DNA of 64,000 nt from NCBI GenBank assembly GCA_013178285.1, contig JABLXD010000002.1:66122-130121 (forward strand), in the 5' to 3' direction. Positions 19,664 through 29,936 of the stretch are shown piece after piece (position 1 is the first letter of the stretch; each line of letters starts with the position of its first letter). Under the pieces are notes generated by a model that was given only the letters and a program-made list of their open reading frames with translations, was not told the origin of the DNA and did not search any database. Both the position numbers and the translations under genes were made by a program. This DNA comes from Methanofastidiosum sp. GTDB taxonomy: Archaea > Methanobacteriota_B > Thermococci > Methanofastidiosales > Methanofastidiosaceae.

Positions 19664-20052
19664 TATCTTTTCACCTCTTCAATTGACATTGATTCAAGAT
19701 TAAACCTAAGCTTTCCTTCTACATTGACTCTAGCACCTGTTGGGCATATATCCCTACAAACATTGCACATTGCACATATACCTTCAGGAACTTTTTTATC
19801 CTTGTACTTAACCATCTTTATTACGCTTACAGGGCAGTTCTTTTCACATATGGCACATCCAATACATTTTTCCTTGTCTACAATGTACCCGCCATATCTA
19901 TTCTTGAATATGGCGTCAACAGGACATACTTCCATACATTTTCCACATGTGACACAGCTGAAAGCCTTATCATTAATTATTCTAATACTCTTTGTAGGGC
20001 ACGATTCAACGCATGCTCTGCTTAGATTACATTTATCATTAGTAATGTACAT
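19663..20052 (-). CDS. Ferredoxin with four [4Fe-4S] motifs
   Basis: 129 aa; CVTCGKCMEVCP, CIGCAICEKNCP, CAMCNVCRDICP plus one degenerate motif. Confidence 0.75.
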   Translation of the reverse strand: MYITNDKCNLSRACVESCPTKSIRIINDKAFSCVTCGKCMEVCPVDAIFKNRYGGYIVDKEKCIGCAICEKNCPVSVIKMVKYKDKKVPEGICAMCNVCRDICPTGARVNVEGKLRFNLESMSIEEVKR

Positions 20053-20053
20053 C

Positions 20054-20332
20054 TTACTGCCTCCTTATGGCCATTGAGATGAACATTCCAATCACTGTTG
20101 AAAAGAATGCTTCAGAGAATCTGATTACATGACCAAATAAAGTCCATTGATAGTCTGGGTATGTGCCCAATGCCATTGCAATTAATATTGCAGCTATTAA
20201 TATTACCGGATATTTTGCCCTGTTTATTTCTTCAGAGTTGATTTTGTATCCAATAATAATCCCATAAATAAGGCCAAATAATATTGGACCCCATTGATTT
20301 GCCAATCCAAGGGCTGCGACTTCGCTACTCAT
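20054..20332 (-). CDS. Small membrane subunit, NuoK/MrpC-like
   Basis: 92 aa, 3 TM; position after the antiporter-like subunits. Confidence 0.45.
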   Translation of the reverse strand: MSSEVAALGLANQWGPILFGLIYGIIIGYKINSEEINRAKYPVILIAAILIAMALGTYPDYQWTLFGHVIRFSEAFFSTVIGMFISMAIRRQ

Positions 20333-21122
20333 CCCTTCTCGCCTCCATTAAGAACATCGCTATTAGCGAAAGACCTGCCAGAACATTTAATCCTACACCG
20401 ATATTAAGGTAAGGCAGAACTCCAGGGTGTGTTGGATCGGGGTAATCAAGGAAATTATCCCATCCAAATGCACCAACGTGGATTATATCGTATGGATCAA
20501 CACCAGTATTGTACAGATAGAATCCAGACCCATGATAGTATGTGGTTACTACAAGTCCAACGACTCCTGTAAGCAAGAATATCAATGCCCCAATAGTGGA
20601 TAGATTCACAAGATATCTATGGGTAAATCTTAGTGGAGTTTTCTTAAGTCCATAAATTACAACAGTTAAGAAATATCCAGTAGCTATAACTGACCCCCCG
20701 GGGAATCCTCCTCCCGGGGTAATGTGACCACCAAGGACGATTGTTACTCCAAATGCCACTAGAAGTAAAGCCAATGGAAATGCCATTAATCTCTGTATTA
20801 CTGTAGATTTATCTGTCATTTCTGGAGTTTCTTTTTTCTTAAATCCTTTTAGTGAACCCCATCCAAATACCACAGTTGTTGTTATAACTGCAGTTATAAG
20901 AATAAAAGTTTCTCCCAATGTATCGTATCCTCTAAAATCAAAGAGGATGACTGTAATAACATTAGGTGCAATATTACCGCTATACAAATTGTAAAGGTGA
21001 CTCATTCCAGGTATTACATAATCACTGAACTGGTAAAGAGTTCTCAATATAACAAATGAAGCTATAATTAGAGATACTCCGGCAATTATGTTTCTTCCTT
21101 GTTGGTAATCAGTTGTTTTCAC
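20325..21122 (-). CDS. Hydrogenase/antiporter membrane subunit (MrpB/MbhE-F-like)
   Basis: 265 aa, ~8 TM, Gly-rich GGHITPGGGFPGG loop. Confidence 0.4.
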   Translation of the reverse strand: MKTTDYQQGRNIIAGVSLIIASFVILRTLYQFSDYVIPGMSHLYNLYSGNIAPNVITVILFDFRGYDTLGETFILITAVITTTVVFGWGSLKGFKKKETPEMTDKSTVIQRLMAFPLALLLVAFGVTIVLGGHITPGGGFPGGSVIATGYFLTVVIYGLKKTPLRFTHRYLVNLSTIGALIFLLTGVVGLVVTTYYHGSGFYLYNTGVDPYDIIHVGAFGWDNFLDYPDPTHPGVLPYLNIGVGLNVLAGLSLIAMFLMEARRDE

Positions 21123-21434
21123 TTAAATCCCTCCCAAGAATACTATAAATAGAACTGCAAGAGTTAGGGCCACATAGAAAGAAGACAGATTAATGGAATC
21201 AGTATTTTCTTTCTCTACTTTGAAAACTGTTGGTACTGTGAATAAAATTCCGGCCAAAAGTATTACAGCGCCGAATCCCAATATAGTTGAATTTGCTGTT
21301 CTCAAAATCATTATTGCCCCTATTAGGAGAAATGATAACATTAGGAATTCTGATGTAAGGGCACTTCCAATGCCCATCCCTTGTCCTTTATCTTTCATCT
21401 TCTCATGGAATATTTCGTATACTTTATCTAACAA
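21123..21434 (-). CDS. Small membrane subunit of hydrogenase complex
   Basis: 103 aa, 3 TM. Confidence 0.35.
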   Translation of the reverse strand: MLDKVYEIFHEKMKDKGQGMGIGSALTSEFLMLSFLLIGAIMILRTANSTILGFGAVILLAGILFTVPTVFKVEKENTDSINLSSFYVALTLAVLFIVFLGGI

Positions 21435-21437
21435 TTA

Positions 21438-22907
21438 TCACACCCCCAAGGAAACAACAAAATTGTATATAGGATCATAGATCATATGTGGGAACAATCC
21501 TATTGCAAGGCACGCTAGTATTAGTACTACTATAATGGCTTTGAACATATTTCCTCTTACCTCAGGATCAAATTCGACTTTTGACCCTGGTTTCATGAAA
21601 ATCATGTAGAATGCCTTAATTATTGCTACAAATGTTGCTAAACTCAATAATATGATTAGTATAGCAAGTTCAGGTGCTCCTGCTTGAGTTGCAGCTTGGA
21701 TTAATCTCCATTCGCTTTGATATGAATTAAATGGTGGAACTCCAGATATAGCTAGAGTTGCTAATAACATCACAAATCCAACTAAAGGAACTACTTGTAG
21801 TCCTTCTCCAAGTTCATCTAATTTTGTTGTTTTGAATTTATCATAGACAAAACTTGCAACAAAGAATAGAATTGCCATGCTTAAAACATCATTTACTGCA
21901 TGGAAAATACCTGCTGCGATACCAAATGTAGTTCCAAGGCCTAAACCTATTCCAACAAGCCCTGCCTGAGATACTGCTACAAATGATAGGAGCTTTCTGA
22001 GTTCAACTTGCTGCAATGCCATAACAGATCCTATTACGACTGTAAATATGGCAAATCCCAACATTACAGATTTTAGGAGGGCAAATCCAGAGAAAACTCT
22101 GAAGAGAATTATGGCCATAGCTACAAGTACTATCTTAGATTGAACTTGCAGTAATGCAGATATTTCAGGTTTTGCATTTTCATACATATTGGATTTTATT
22201 ATGTGAAATGGGAAAAGACCTGATTCATATAGCCATCCTAAAGTCAATAGCGCTGCTGCAGAGAGTCCAATTGGATTTAATGCTCCGCCCGCTTTAATGG
22301 CGTTTGATAAGTCTGTTATATTAAGAAGTCCGTATGAACCTAACAGAAGAGCTATACCCAATAATATTGAGGCTCCTGAAATTGTTCCGAAAATCATGTA
22401 TTTGAATCCTGCTTTGAAACTTTTTGTTTCTTGAACTGCAATTACAAGAGCTACTTGTGCAACTACTAAAACTTCAGTGAAAACGAAGAAGTTGAATATA
22501 TCATCAGCCAATACTATAGCACTAGTTGAAGCCAAACTAATGAAAATCATGGCTATATATACTCCTGAAACCATCTTTTTATTGATAACCATTAGAACGC
22601 TAAATCCTGTAAGAACTGTCAAAACTAGCATTAATATTTTCTGCACCGTTCCATAAGAATACACGATTCCCATGTAAACTTCAGGTATTAACAACTTTGA
22701 TATTTCAGGGAAACTACCCGTCCTAAGGTGACCACTAAATAAATGCACACCATACAAAGTAACTATGGGTACAAAGACAAATACTACCAAAGATACTATG
22801 GAAATAAACTTTACTGATTTATCTTTTTGATGAAGAAAGTTTACAACTATAGCCATTATAAGTGGAAGTACTACCATTAATGGGATCAAAGTACTATTGT
22901 TTAACAT
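21438..22907 (-). CDS. Proton/sodium-translocating antiporter-like subunit (NuoL/MrpD/MbhH family)
   Basis: 489 aa, ~14 TM, NuoL/M/N-MrpA/D family architecture. Confidence 0.75.
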   Translation of the reverse strand: MLNNSTLIPLMVVLPLIMAIVVNFLHQKDKSVKFISIVSLVVFVFVPIVTLYGVHLFSGHLRTGSFPEISKLLIPEVYMGIVYSYGTVQKILMLVLTVLTGFSVLMVINKKMVSGVYIAMIFISLASTSAIVLADDIFNFFVFTEVLVVAQVALVIAVQETKSFKAGFKYMIFGTISGASILLGIALLLGSYGLLNITDLSNAIKAGGALNPIGLSAAALLTLGWLYESGLFPFHIIKSNMYENAKPEISALLQVQSKIVLVAMAIILFRVFSGFALLKSVMLGFAIFTVVIGSVMALQQVELRKLLSFVAVSQAGLVGIGLGLGTTFGIAAGIFHAVNDVLSMAILFFVASFVYDKFKTTKLDELGEGLQVVPLVGFVMLLATLAISGVPPFNSYQSEWRLIQAATQAGAPELAILIILLSLATFVAIIKAFYMIFMKPGSKVEFDPEVRGNMFKAIIVVLILACLAIGLFPHMIYDPIYNFVVSLGV

Positions 22908-23312
22908 TTATTCGTCCCCCTCAAACATTTTTTGAACACTTAACGTGTGGTATTTATGATATAAAACGACTGCAAGTGCCAACATTACTGAAAGTGTAGA
23001 TGCACCGATAACAATATTTGTTAGAACTAATGCAAAGGGGAGTGAGTATGAAGCATTGCTAGCAAATTCTCCAAACTCCAACAAATGTGAATAGTTTGAT
23101 GGTGTGGCTGTGGCGTGGAAATGGTGCATAACTTCAGGAATAAATCCACCCGGCCTGTAACCAATACTAATTAAAACTAGATTGACCCCATCACCGATTA
23201 GATTTGCACCAATTATCTTTTTTAGGATATTATCCATCATTAAAAGTGCCCATAAACCCGTTACAACCAGTATTCCTGCTGTAAGGAATGAACCTACTTG
23301 AAATGGTTCCAT
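22908..23312 (-). CDS. MrpB/MbhE-like membrane subunit
   Basis: 134 aa, 4 TM. Confidence 0.45.
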   Translation of the reverse strand: MEPFQVGSFLTAGILVVTGLWALLMMDNILKKIIGANLIGDGVNLVLISIGYRPGGFIPEVMHHFHATATPSNYSHLLEFGEFASNASYSLPFALVLTNIVIGASTLSVMLALAVVLYHKYHTLSVQKMFEGDE

Positions 23313-23549
23313 TTATTCATCCCTCCCTTGTGTCGTTTTGTACAAAGCTACAATGAAAAGACCCGGCAGTAAAGCAGCACCTAAAATTGCTTGTACTGCA
23401 GCTACGTCTGTGGCAAGTAAGAAATGGAATATTGCCGCTAAAGAAAAACTTTCAAAAGCTAGAATAATAATGCTCTTGTAAAGATTTTCCTGGATTATTG
23501 CCATTAAGGCTGACAAAGCTACTGCAAATAATAATATATAATCAAACAT
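23313..23549 (-). CDS. Small membrane subunit (MbhD-like)
   Basis: 78 aa, 2-3 TM. Confidence 0.4.
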   Translation of the reverse strand: MFDYILLFAVALSALMAIIQENLYKSIIILAFESFSLAAIFHFLLATDVAAVQAILGAALLPGLFIVALYKTTQGRDE

Positions 23550-23829
23550 AATCCTCTGCCTCCGTTAAATCTGCCCAAGAGATTGAATGAACTGCAAATG
23601 GCATTAGGAAAAAGTGCGCCAATGCGGCTAAAATTGCCACAGGGTTGCCAAGGAAGATAATAACAAGAATGCAAACAACATCCATAACGCCTAAAATATG
23701 AAGTCTTGCATATACTATGTTTTTTCTCTGTCCAAATCTAAAAAGACCTAAAGCGACACCTATTAATCCCATTCCTGCAATTAAATAGAAATAAGGGAGT
23801 ATTAGTTCCATATAAGAATATACGTTCAT
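23542..23829 (-). CDS. MrpG/MbhC-like membrane subunit
   Basis: 95 aa, 3 TM. Confidence 0.45.
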   Translation of the reverse strand: MNVYSYMELILPYFYLIAGMGLIGVALGLFRFGQRKNIVYARLHILGVMDVVCILVIIFLGNPVAILAALAHFFLMPFAVHSISWADLTEAEDYV

Positions 23830-24158
23830 TCTGCAATCCCTCCTCTGAAAAATCTTGAGATGATCAATGTTCCTACTGGGCCAAGTAGAAGTAAATAAAT
23901 TGCGATATCAGAAAAGTAAGGAATTTCATACATTTTGCCTACGATCATAAAACCCGTAGCTACACCAATTTCAGCAGCACTTGCACCTGCAAGTGAATTA
24001 CATACTCCTCTGAAAGTCGTAACTCTAAGGCCTGAAAGAATAGCAACGCCTAGCCCTATAAGCATAACATAAACATAGTAATCTTTAAGTTGAAGATAAT
24101 GGCCGACAACTAAAATTATGGCTAAAATCAGTACCAATAAAATATTATTTTTGTTCAT
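23826..24158 (-). CDS. MrpF/MbhB-like membrane subunit
   Basis: 110 aa, 3 TM. Confidence 0.45.
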   Translation of the reverse strand: MNKNNILLVLILAIILVVGHYLQLKDYYVYVMLIGLGVAILSGLRVTTFRGVCNSLAGASAAEIGVATGFMIVGKMYEIPYFSDIAIYLLLLGPVGTLIISRFFRGGIAE

Positions 24159-24476
24159 TTAATCCTCCACCATCTTTTTTATCCACCCCTCAAAAGGAAT
24201 AACATCCTTTTGGCTTCTTGGGGAAATAACAGCTACAAGCAATTTCTGCTTTTCTGGAAAGATATCAATCGTTAGAGTTCCAGGGGTAAGGGTTATACTA
24301 TTGGCAAGAATCGTCATAGATACAGGCCTCTTAAGAACTGTATCGATTTCCATTACGACAGGATCAATTTTACCATTAACACATTGAATAAAAACGTCTC
24401 TTGCTGAAACAATGATATAATATACCAATCCTATAAAATAGACAATACCCCAAAATGGTCTCATAGCTTTGCTCAT
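24159..24476 (-). CDS. MrpE/MbhA-like subunit, first gene of hydrogenase operon
   Basis: 105 aa; ITLTPGTLTIDI (TPGT) motif typical of MrpE/MnhE. Confidence 0.6.
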   Translation of the reverse strand: MSKAMRPFWGIVYFIGLVYYIIVSARDVFIQCVNGKIDPVVMEIDTVLKRPVSMTILANSITLTPGTLTIDIFPEKQKLLVAVISPRSQKDVIPFEGWIKKMVED

Positions 24477-24640
24477 TTTTACACCTTCAGGAATTTGAGT
24501 AAAAGGTTTATTTATAGTTTATAAATGTTTCGTCCATCGTTAATTGGCGATATAAATTCTAAAAATTAGAGCAATTGTTCCACATATGAACAATAAAAAC
24601 CTTTAAATATAGCTTATAAAACGTGTTTTAAATAAGGCAG

Positions 24641-27472
24641 ATGATTCTATTGGAAATTGAAGAAAAGTGGCAGAACATGTGGGAAGAAGCCAGAATTTTT
24701 TATTCTGATCCCAATAATAAGAAAAAATTTTTTGTAAACTTTCCTTACCCATACGTTAATGGATTCATGCATCTTGGCCATTCCTTTTCCCTGATGAGGG
24801 CAGAAGTTTTTGCCAGATACAAAAGAATGTGCGGATACAATGCCATATTCCCTTTTGGATTTCACGCTACTGGAACACCAATAGTTGCAGCTGCCGAGAG
24901 AGTAAAAGATGGAGAAAAGTCCCAGATTGATATCCTAGAAAAGATGGAGGTTCCAAAAGAGTTAATTCCAAAATTTTCTGATCCAGAATTTTGGGTTACT
25001 TATTTCCCAGAAGAATCAATTAAAGACCTAAAGCTTCTAGGCCTTTGTGTTGACTGGAGAAGAAGCTTCATAACAACATCACTTAATCCATATTACGATA
25101 AATTCATCAGGTGGCAATTCAACAAATTAAAAGAAAAGAACTTTGTTGTTAAAGGGGAACATCCAGTTACTTGGTGTCCAAAATGTAATAATCCAATTGG
25201 AGACCATGCAAGGCTTGAAGGGGAAGGTATTACTCCCGAAGAAATAATATTACTTAAATTCAAATTTGATGGAAAGGTGCTGCCTGCAGCCACATACAGA
25301 GTTGAAACTGTATTTGGTGTAACAAATATGTGGATGAATCCAGATGTAAAATATGTAGAAACAGAAGTTGACGGAGAAATCTGGATCATCTCTCCCGTTG
25401 CTGCAGAGAAACTAATTAATCAAAAACATAAAATTAAGATTATTAGAGAATTAGGCCCTAAAGAACTTATTGGAAAATCATGTAAAAATCCTTTGACTGG
25501 TGAAAACATACCAATTCTTCCTGCAACTTTTGTTTCCCCAGAAATAGGGACAGGTGTTGTAATGTCTGTTCCGTCACATGCCCCATACGACTATATTGCA
25601 TTAAAAGATATACAGACTAATCCTTTAAAATATGGGGTTTCTGAAGAACTGGTAAAGAATATAAAGCCTATATCATTGATAGTTGTAGAAGATTTTGGTA
25701 AGAATCCGGCAATTGAGATCTCTGAAAAGATGGGAATTTCCTCACAAGAAGACGTTGATAAACTTGAAGAAGCAACTAATATCATCTATAAGAAAGAATT
25801 CCATCAGGGCATATTAAACGAGAGAACTGGAAAATATAAAGGCATAAAAGTTTCTGATGTAAAGAAAGTAATTGTTACTGAGTTTATTAATGATGGTGTT
25901 GCAACACTATTTCACGAACTCCCTGGAAAAGTAGTATGTAGATGCCTTACCCAAGGAGTAGTTAAAATAGTATCTGACCAGTGGTTTTTAGCATACGGAA
26001 GCCCAGAGTGGAAAGATCTGGCCAAGAAATGTCTAGCTCAGATGAACATTTATCCTGAAAAGGCTAGAAAACAGTTTGAGTACGTTCTTGACTGGTTAAA
26101 AGACTGGGCATGTACGAGAGAGTTTGGGCTTGGAACAAAACTCCCTTGGGATGAAAAGTGGGTTATCGAATCACTTTCAGACTCTACAATCTATATGGCA
26201 TATTATACTTTGGCGAAGTATTTTGAAGATCCATCTTACAAAATTAATTCTGAGAAACTAGATGATTATTTCTTCGATTATATTTACTTGGATAAAGGCA
26301 ACTTAGAAGAAGTCGCAACTAAAAGTGGATTATCGAAAGAGTTAATTTCTGATATGAAAAAGGAATTTGAGTATTGGTATCCTTTTGATTTCAGAAATAG
26401 TGGAAAGGATTTAATTCAAAATCATCTTTCATTCTGTATCTTTAATCATGCAGCAATCTTTCCAGAGAAGCTCTGGCCCAAGGGATTTGGAGTTAATGGC
26501 TGGGTTTTGGTAGATGGAGAAAAGATGAGTAAATCCAAAGGTAACTTCTATACAATAAAGCAAATTGTAAAGATGTATGGCGCTGATTCTGCAAGAATTA
26601 CTTTAATGAATGGAGGAGAGGGACTAGATGACCCCAACTGGGACAGTGAATTTGCAAGGACCATTACAGATAAATTGAAAAATTGGCAGGATTTCTGTAT
26701 TGAAAACTACGGAAAAGGTAGGACTGAAAAACTATATATAGATAGGTGGTTCTTATCTACTCTGGATAAAGCAATAAAAGAAACAACTGAAGCAATGGAA
26801 GATACCAATTTCAGGACAGCCCTTTCAAAAGGTTTCTTTGATTTACAGAGGGACCTTAAGTGGTATCTTAAAAGATGTCTTAACTCACCAAACAAAGAGG
26901 TCATTTCTGAAGTCATTAAAACTCAGACGCTCATGTTGACTCCTTTTACCCCTCACATATGTGAAGAAATTTGGGAAAAACTTGGTTTTGATCCATTTAT
27001 TTCAAATGCTTCTTGGCCAGAATATAAAGAAGAGATGATTGATAAAGTTTCCGAAGAAAGTGAAAACTATATTGAAGAAGTCGTTAATGACATAAGAGAA
27101 ATCATAAACGTTCTTTCTAGAGGAGAGCAGAAAAATTTAGAAAAAATTGAAGTTTTTACTGCAGAAAGCTGGAAGTGGGACCTTATCGAAGTCATTAAGA
27201 GTGAAGACAATATGGGAGAAGCAATTAAATCGGCAATGTCAAATGAAAATTTCAGAAAAAATGGAAAGGATGTAAATCTTATAATACAAAGATGTTTTAA
27301 GAATAGGTACTTCCCTGAAAGATTCGATGAGAAAGAAGTACTTAACGAAGCAAAGACATTCTTAGAAGAGGAATTCAAGGCCGAGATTAGAATAGATCCT
27401 CAAGAAGATCCTGGAAATGATAGAAAGAAATCCCTTCCAAGAAAACCCGGAATTCACATCTATTTTAAATAA
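24641..27472 (+). CDS. leuS: Leucyl-tRNA synthetase (archaeal type)
   Basis: 943 aa; HLGH (HIGH) and KMSKS motifs, CP1 editing insertion. Confidence 0.95.
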   Translation: MILLEIEEKWQNMWEEARIFYSDPNNKKKFFVNFPYPYVNGFMHLGHSFSLMRAEVFARYKRMCGYNAIFPFGFHATGTPIVAAAERVKDGEKSQIDILEKMEVPKELIPKFSDPEFWVTYFPEESIKDLKLLGLCVDWRRSFITTSLNPYYDKFIRWQFNKLKEKNFVVKGEHPVTWCPKCNNPIGDHARLEGEGITPEEIILLKFKFDGKVLPAATYRVETVFGVTNMWMNPDVKYVETEVDGEIWIISPVAAEKLINQKHKIKIIRELGPKELIGKSCKNPLTGENIPILPATFVSPEIGTGVVMSVPSHAPYDYIALKDIQTNPLKYGVSEELVKNIKPISLIVVEDFGKNPAIEISEKMGISSQEDVDKLEEATNIIYKKEFHQGILNERTGKYKGIKVSDVKKVIVTEFINDGVATLFHELPGKVVCRCLTQGVVKIVSDQWFLAYGSPEWKDLAKKCLAQMNIYPEKARKQFEYVLDWLKDWACTREFGLGTKLPWDEKWVIESLSDSTIYMAYYTLAKYFEDPSYKINSEKLDDYFFDYIYLDKGNLEEVATKSGLSKELISDMKKEFEYWYPFDFRNSGKDLIQNHLSFCIFNHAAIFPEKLWPKGFGVNGWVLVDGEKMSKSKGNFYTIKQIVKMYGADSARITLMNGGEGLDDPNWDSEFARTITDKLKNWQDFCIENYGKGRTEKLYIDRWFLSTLDKAIKETTEAMEDTNFRTALSKGFFDLQRDLKWYLKRCLNSPNKEVISEVIKTQTLMLTPFTPHICEEIWEKLGFDPFISNASWPEYKEEMIDKVSEESENYIEEVVNDIREIINVLSRGEQKNLEKIEVFTAESWKWDLIEVIKSEDNMGEAIKSAMSNENFRKNGKDVNLIIQRCFKNRYFPERFDEKEVLNEAKTFLEEEFKAEIRIDPQEDPGNDRKKSLPRKPGIHIYFK

Positions 27473-27520
27473 TTTTAAATTTAATAATAGAAATCAATTT
27501 AAAGCAGAAAATTATTTTAA

Positions 27521-28126
27521 ATGCCAAGAGGGCGTTCTATGTTAGGAACTTTATTACAGCTTGTCATTTTATTTTTCGTAGTTATTGACCCTCTTGCAAG
27601 TTTCTTTGTTTTTTACGCTACGTCCTCCACAATGGTTCCTAAAGAAAGGCAAAAAACGGGGGTTTTGGCAATACTAATCGCCGTATTTTTATGCTTCCTA
27701 GTCCTTATTTTAGGTCAGCGTTTATTGGAACTTTTCAGCACCACTCTTGATGAGTTCAGAATAGCCGGAGGGATAGTACTCACCATCTTAGGAATAAAAA
27801 TGGTTTTAGGAGAGCCTTTGGTAAATACTCATGACAAGAAAGAAAACTCTGCCAGAGCCTTAGCATCTATTATTGCAACTCCGCTAATAACAGGCCCTGC
27901 CACAATATTTACAATAATTATAGCAAGTAATGACTATGGAAAAGTTCTGACAGGGATTGCAGTAGGCATTGTTCTTTTAATTACAGTATTATTATTCCTT
28001 ATGTCAAATAAAGTAAAAAAAGTATTGGGTGACACTGCGACTCAAGTTGCAACCACCATCCTAGGTCTTGTAACCCTATCTTGGGGAGTTAAATTCATAA
28101 TTCTAGGTATAAAAAATATTTTCTAA
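27521..28126 (+). CDS. MarC-family (UPF0056) integral membrane protein
   Basis: 201 aa; N-terminal VVIDPL motif, 6 TM. Confidence 0.7.
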   Translation: MPRGRSMLGTLLQLVILFFVVIDPLASFFVFYATSSTMVPKERQKTGVLAILIAVFLCFLVLILGQRLLELFSTTLDEFRIAGGIVLTILGIKMVLGEPLVNTHDKKENSARALASIIATPLITGPATIFTIIIASNDYGKVLTGIAVGIVLLITVLLFLMSNKVKKVLGDTATQVATTILGLVTLSWGVKFIILGIKNIF

Positions 28127-28130
28127 TAAT

Positions 28131-29390
28131 TTAAAAAAGAATATTTGTTGCAACTAGAAATAAAATACTTACACTGGCAATATCCATTACACTCGTAAGT
28201 AAAGGTATTACAACATTGTCTGGGTCAATATTTGTTTTAATTGAGAAGTAGGTAAGATAGTATGAAGTCATCATACTGGCAAAGGAAGAGGCAATTGCAA
28301 CAAGTATCGACACCTCCAAAATGACTAGAAAGTTCATTTGTGGTATATTAAGTAATGTCGACATGCCAAATGCTATTATGGCAAGTATTGGGAACAATAT
28401 TATTGTAATTAAAAATGTATATGCGAACTCCTTTAATATTCTTAATTTTGGTAAAAAAGTAATCTCTGCTTGACCTAAGTGAAAACTAGTAGATATTCTA
28501 GCAGATAAAATACTACCAATGTTCCCATTCTCTGCATTGAAAAGAGGAGATAATACCAATAGTAGCGGGAATACTCCAATAAACTCTAAATTCTTATCAA
28601 GAAGGGATCCTGCAAGAGTGCTCAGAAAAGCACAAACGGCTAAAAATCCCATAGATTCTTTTAGTATTCTTTTTGCATAATAACTCTTCCTTACAGAAAA
28701 TAGTGCCAATAAAACAATGATTAAACTAACCACAATACTAGAAACTAACATGAAGCCTTTGCTTAAGGAAAAAGATAGTATGCCTATTGCAAAAAGTGAG
28801 ACAACATTTAGTATATCACCTATAGATGCAATCAGAGGGGAGGATACATTATCAGGATCAAGGCCCTTCTTAAAAGAAACAATTGCCACTAAAATGGTAG
28901 TTAAAATAAGGCCTATTGCCGCAATAAGAGAAGCAAATAAGGATATAAAAAACAGATGAATGAATCCTATTGTATCATTTCCAATAATAATGCCCCCAAC
29001 CATTGCAAAAAAAGCAATAACTGTGGCCATAATAACTGTCTGTATAAGAGAAGAGTATACATTTTCTTTGATTAATTTTGACTCTGTTAGGCTAGGCGTT
29101 ATTTCACCAGTATGTAAGCCTGTTGAAAGTCTCGACCCCATTGATGCATAGACATTGCCCCTCATATCTATTGCAGCAGGAAGCATCGTCAAAATTCCGG
29201 GCAGCAATATCAAGAAGTCTATCATTTTAGTGAGATAAATACCTGCAAATATATCTGCAAATGCGCAGATGATGAGGGCAAACATGCTCTGTTTAATTAT
29301 GCTTGAGAAATCAGAAAGGTCTATTTTCGGGGGCCATGCTATACCTCTCTTTGGAGAAACCTTTACTGGAAAGGTCTTTTTCTTTCTCAA
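28131..29390 (-). CDS. Divalent-cation transporter with tandem MgtE-type transmembrane domains (SLC41-like)
   Basis: 419 aa, no cytosolic domain; two repeats each with D..G..(A/S)(S/A)R.ST motif (DMRGNVYASMGSRLSTG; ENGNIGSILSARISTS). Confidence 0.65.
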   Translation of the reverse strand: MRKKKTFPVKVSPKRGIAWPPKIDLSDFSSIIKQSMFALIICAFADIFAGIYLTKMIDFLILLPGILTMLPAAIDMRGNVYASMGSRLSTGLHTGEITPSLTESKLIKENVYSSLIQTVIMATVIAFFAMVGGIIIGNDTIGFIHLFFISLFASLIAAIGLILTTILVAIVSFKKGLDPDNVSSPLIASIGDILNVVSLFAIGILSFSLSKGFMLVSSIVVSLIIVLLALFSVRKSYYAKRILKESMGFLAVCAFLSTLAGSLLDKNLEFIGVFPLLLVLSPLFNAENGNIGSILSARISTSFHLGQAEITFLPKLRILKEFAYTFLITIILFPILAIIAFGMSTLLNIPQMNFLVILEVSILVAIASSFASMMTSYYLTYFSIKTNIDPDNVVIPLLTSVMDIASVSILFLVATNILF

Positions 29391-29545
29391 CTACATGCAC
29401 TCCCCTTTTAAATGCCAATTTATGGGCCAGAGATCCTATTAGTTCAGAACTATGATCCAATAAATCGTCTTCTTCCATTTTTCATCACTTAATTATAGCT
29501 TACCTTTTTTTAAAATACTTAAAAAGATTTCTGTAAAAATTTCTT

Positions 29546-29926
29546 TTGAGTATAAGAATAAGGTTTATAAATTTAGGCAGTGATTTCAATTTAATGAAGA
29601 GAATAAGGCCTTTTATCAAAAACAGCACTAAAGTTAGAGTTCTGACAAGATACCTGAACAACAACAAGGAAGTAAAGGAGTATATGGAAAAAGTCAATCC
29701 TGTCTTTTATGAGATTTCATTTCTTGACTGTTATGTCGAAAAAAGCATAAGTGAAGAAGTAAAAAAAACTTTGGAAGCATACGAAGGCCTTGAAATAACA
29801 ACAGACGAAATTAAAGATAATAAATATACATTCTACATAGATAGCAAAGAAGGCGAACCAATCATATGGTTGAAAAATGAAGATCAAAGGATCAGATTTT
29901 CAAAGATACCTGTAGAGTTATCCTAG
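29546..29926 (+). CDS. Hypothetical protein
   Basis: 126 aa, no motif; start uncertain. Confidence 0.3.
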   Translation: MSIRIRFINLGSDFNLMKRIRPFIKNSTKVRVLTRYLNNNKEVKEYMEKVNPVFYEISFLDCYVEKSISEEVKKTLEAYEGLEITTDEIKDNKYTFYIDSKEGEPIIWLKNEDQRIRFSKIPVELS

Positions 29927-29936
29927 ATGATATAAG

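Noticed and set aside
18787-20077. Plus-strand ORFs (60-141 aa) opposite the polyferredoxin and ferredoxin genes
   Set aside because: Antisense to Cys-motif-rich ferredoxin genes; translations are Leu/His/Ser-rich with no motifs; the hydrogenase operon is contiguous on the minus strand.
24647-27378. Several 60-100 aa minus-strand ORFs inside leuS (24647-24865, 25093-25389, 25591-25785, 26707-26916, 27067-27378)
   Set aside because: All antisense to the 943-aa leuS gene with strong synthetase motifs; Ser/Phe/Leu-rich low-complexity translations.
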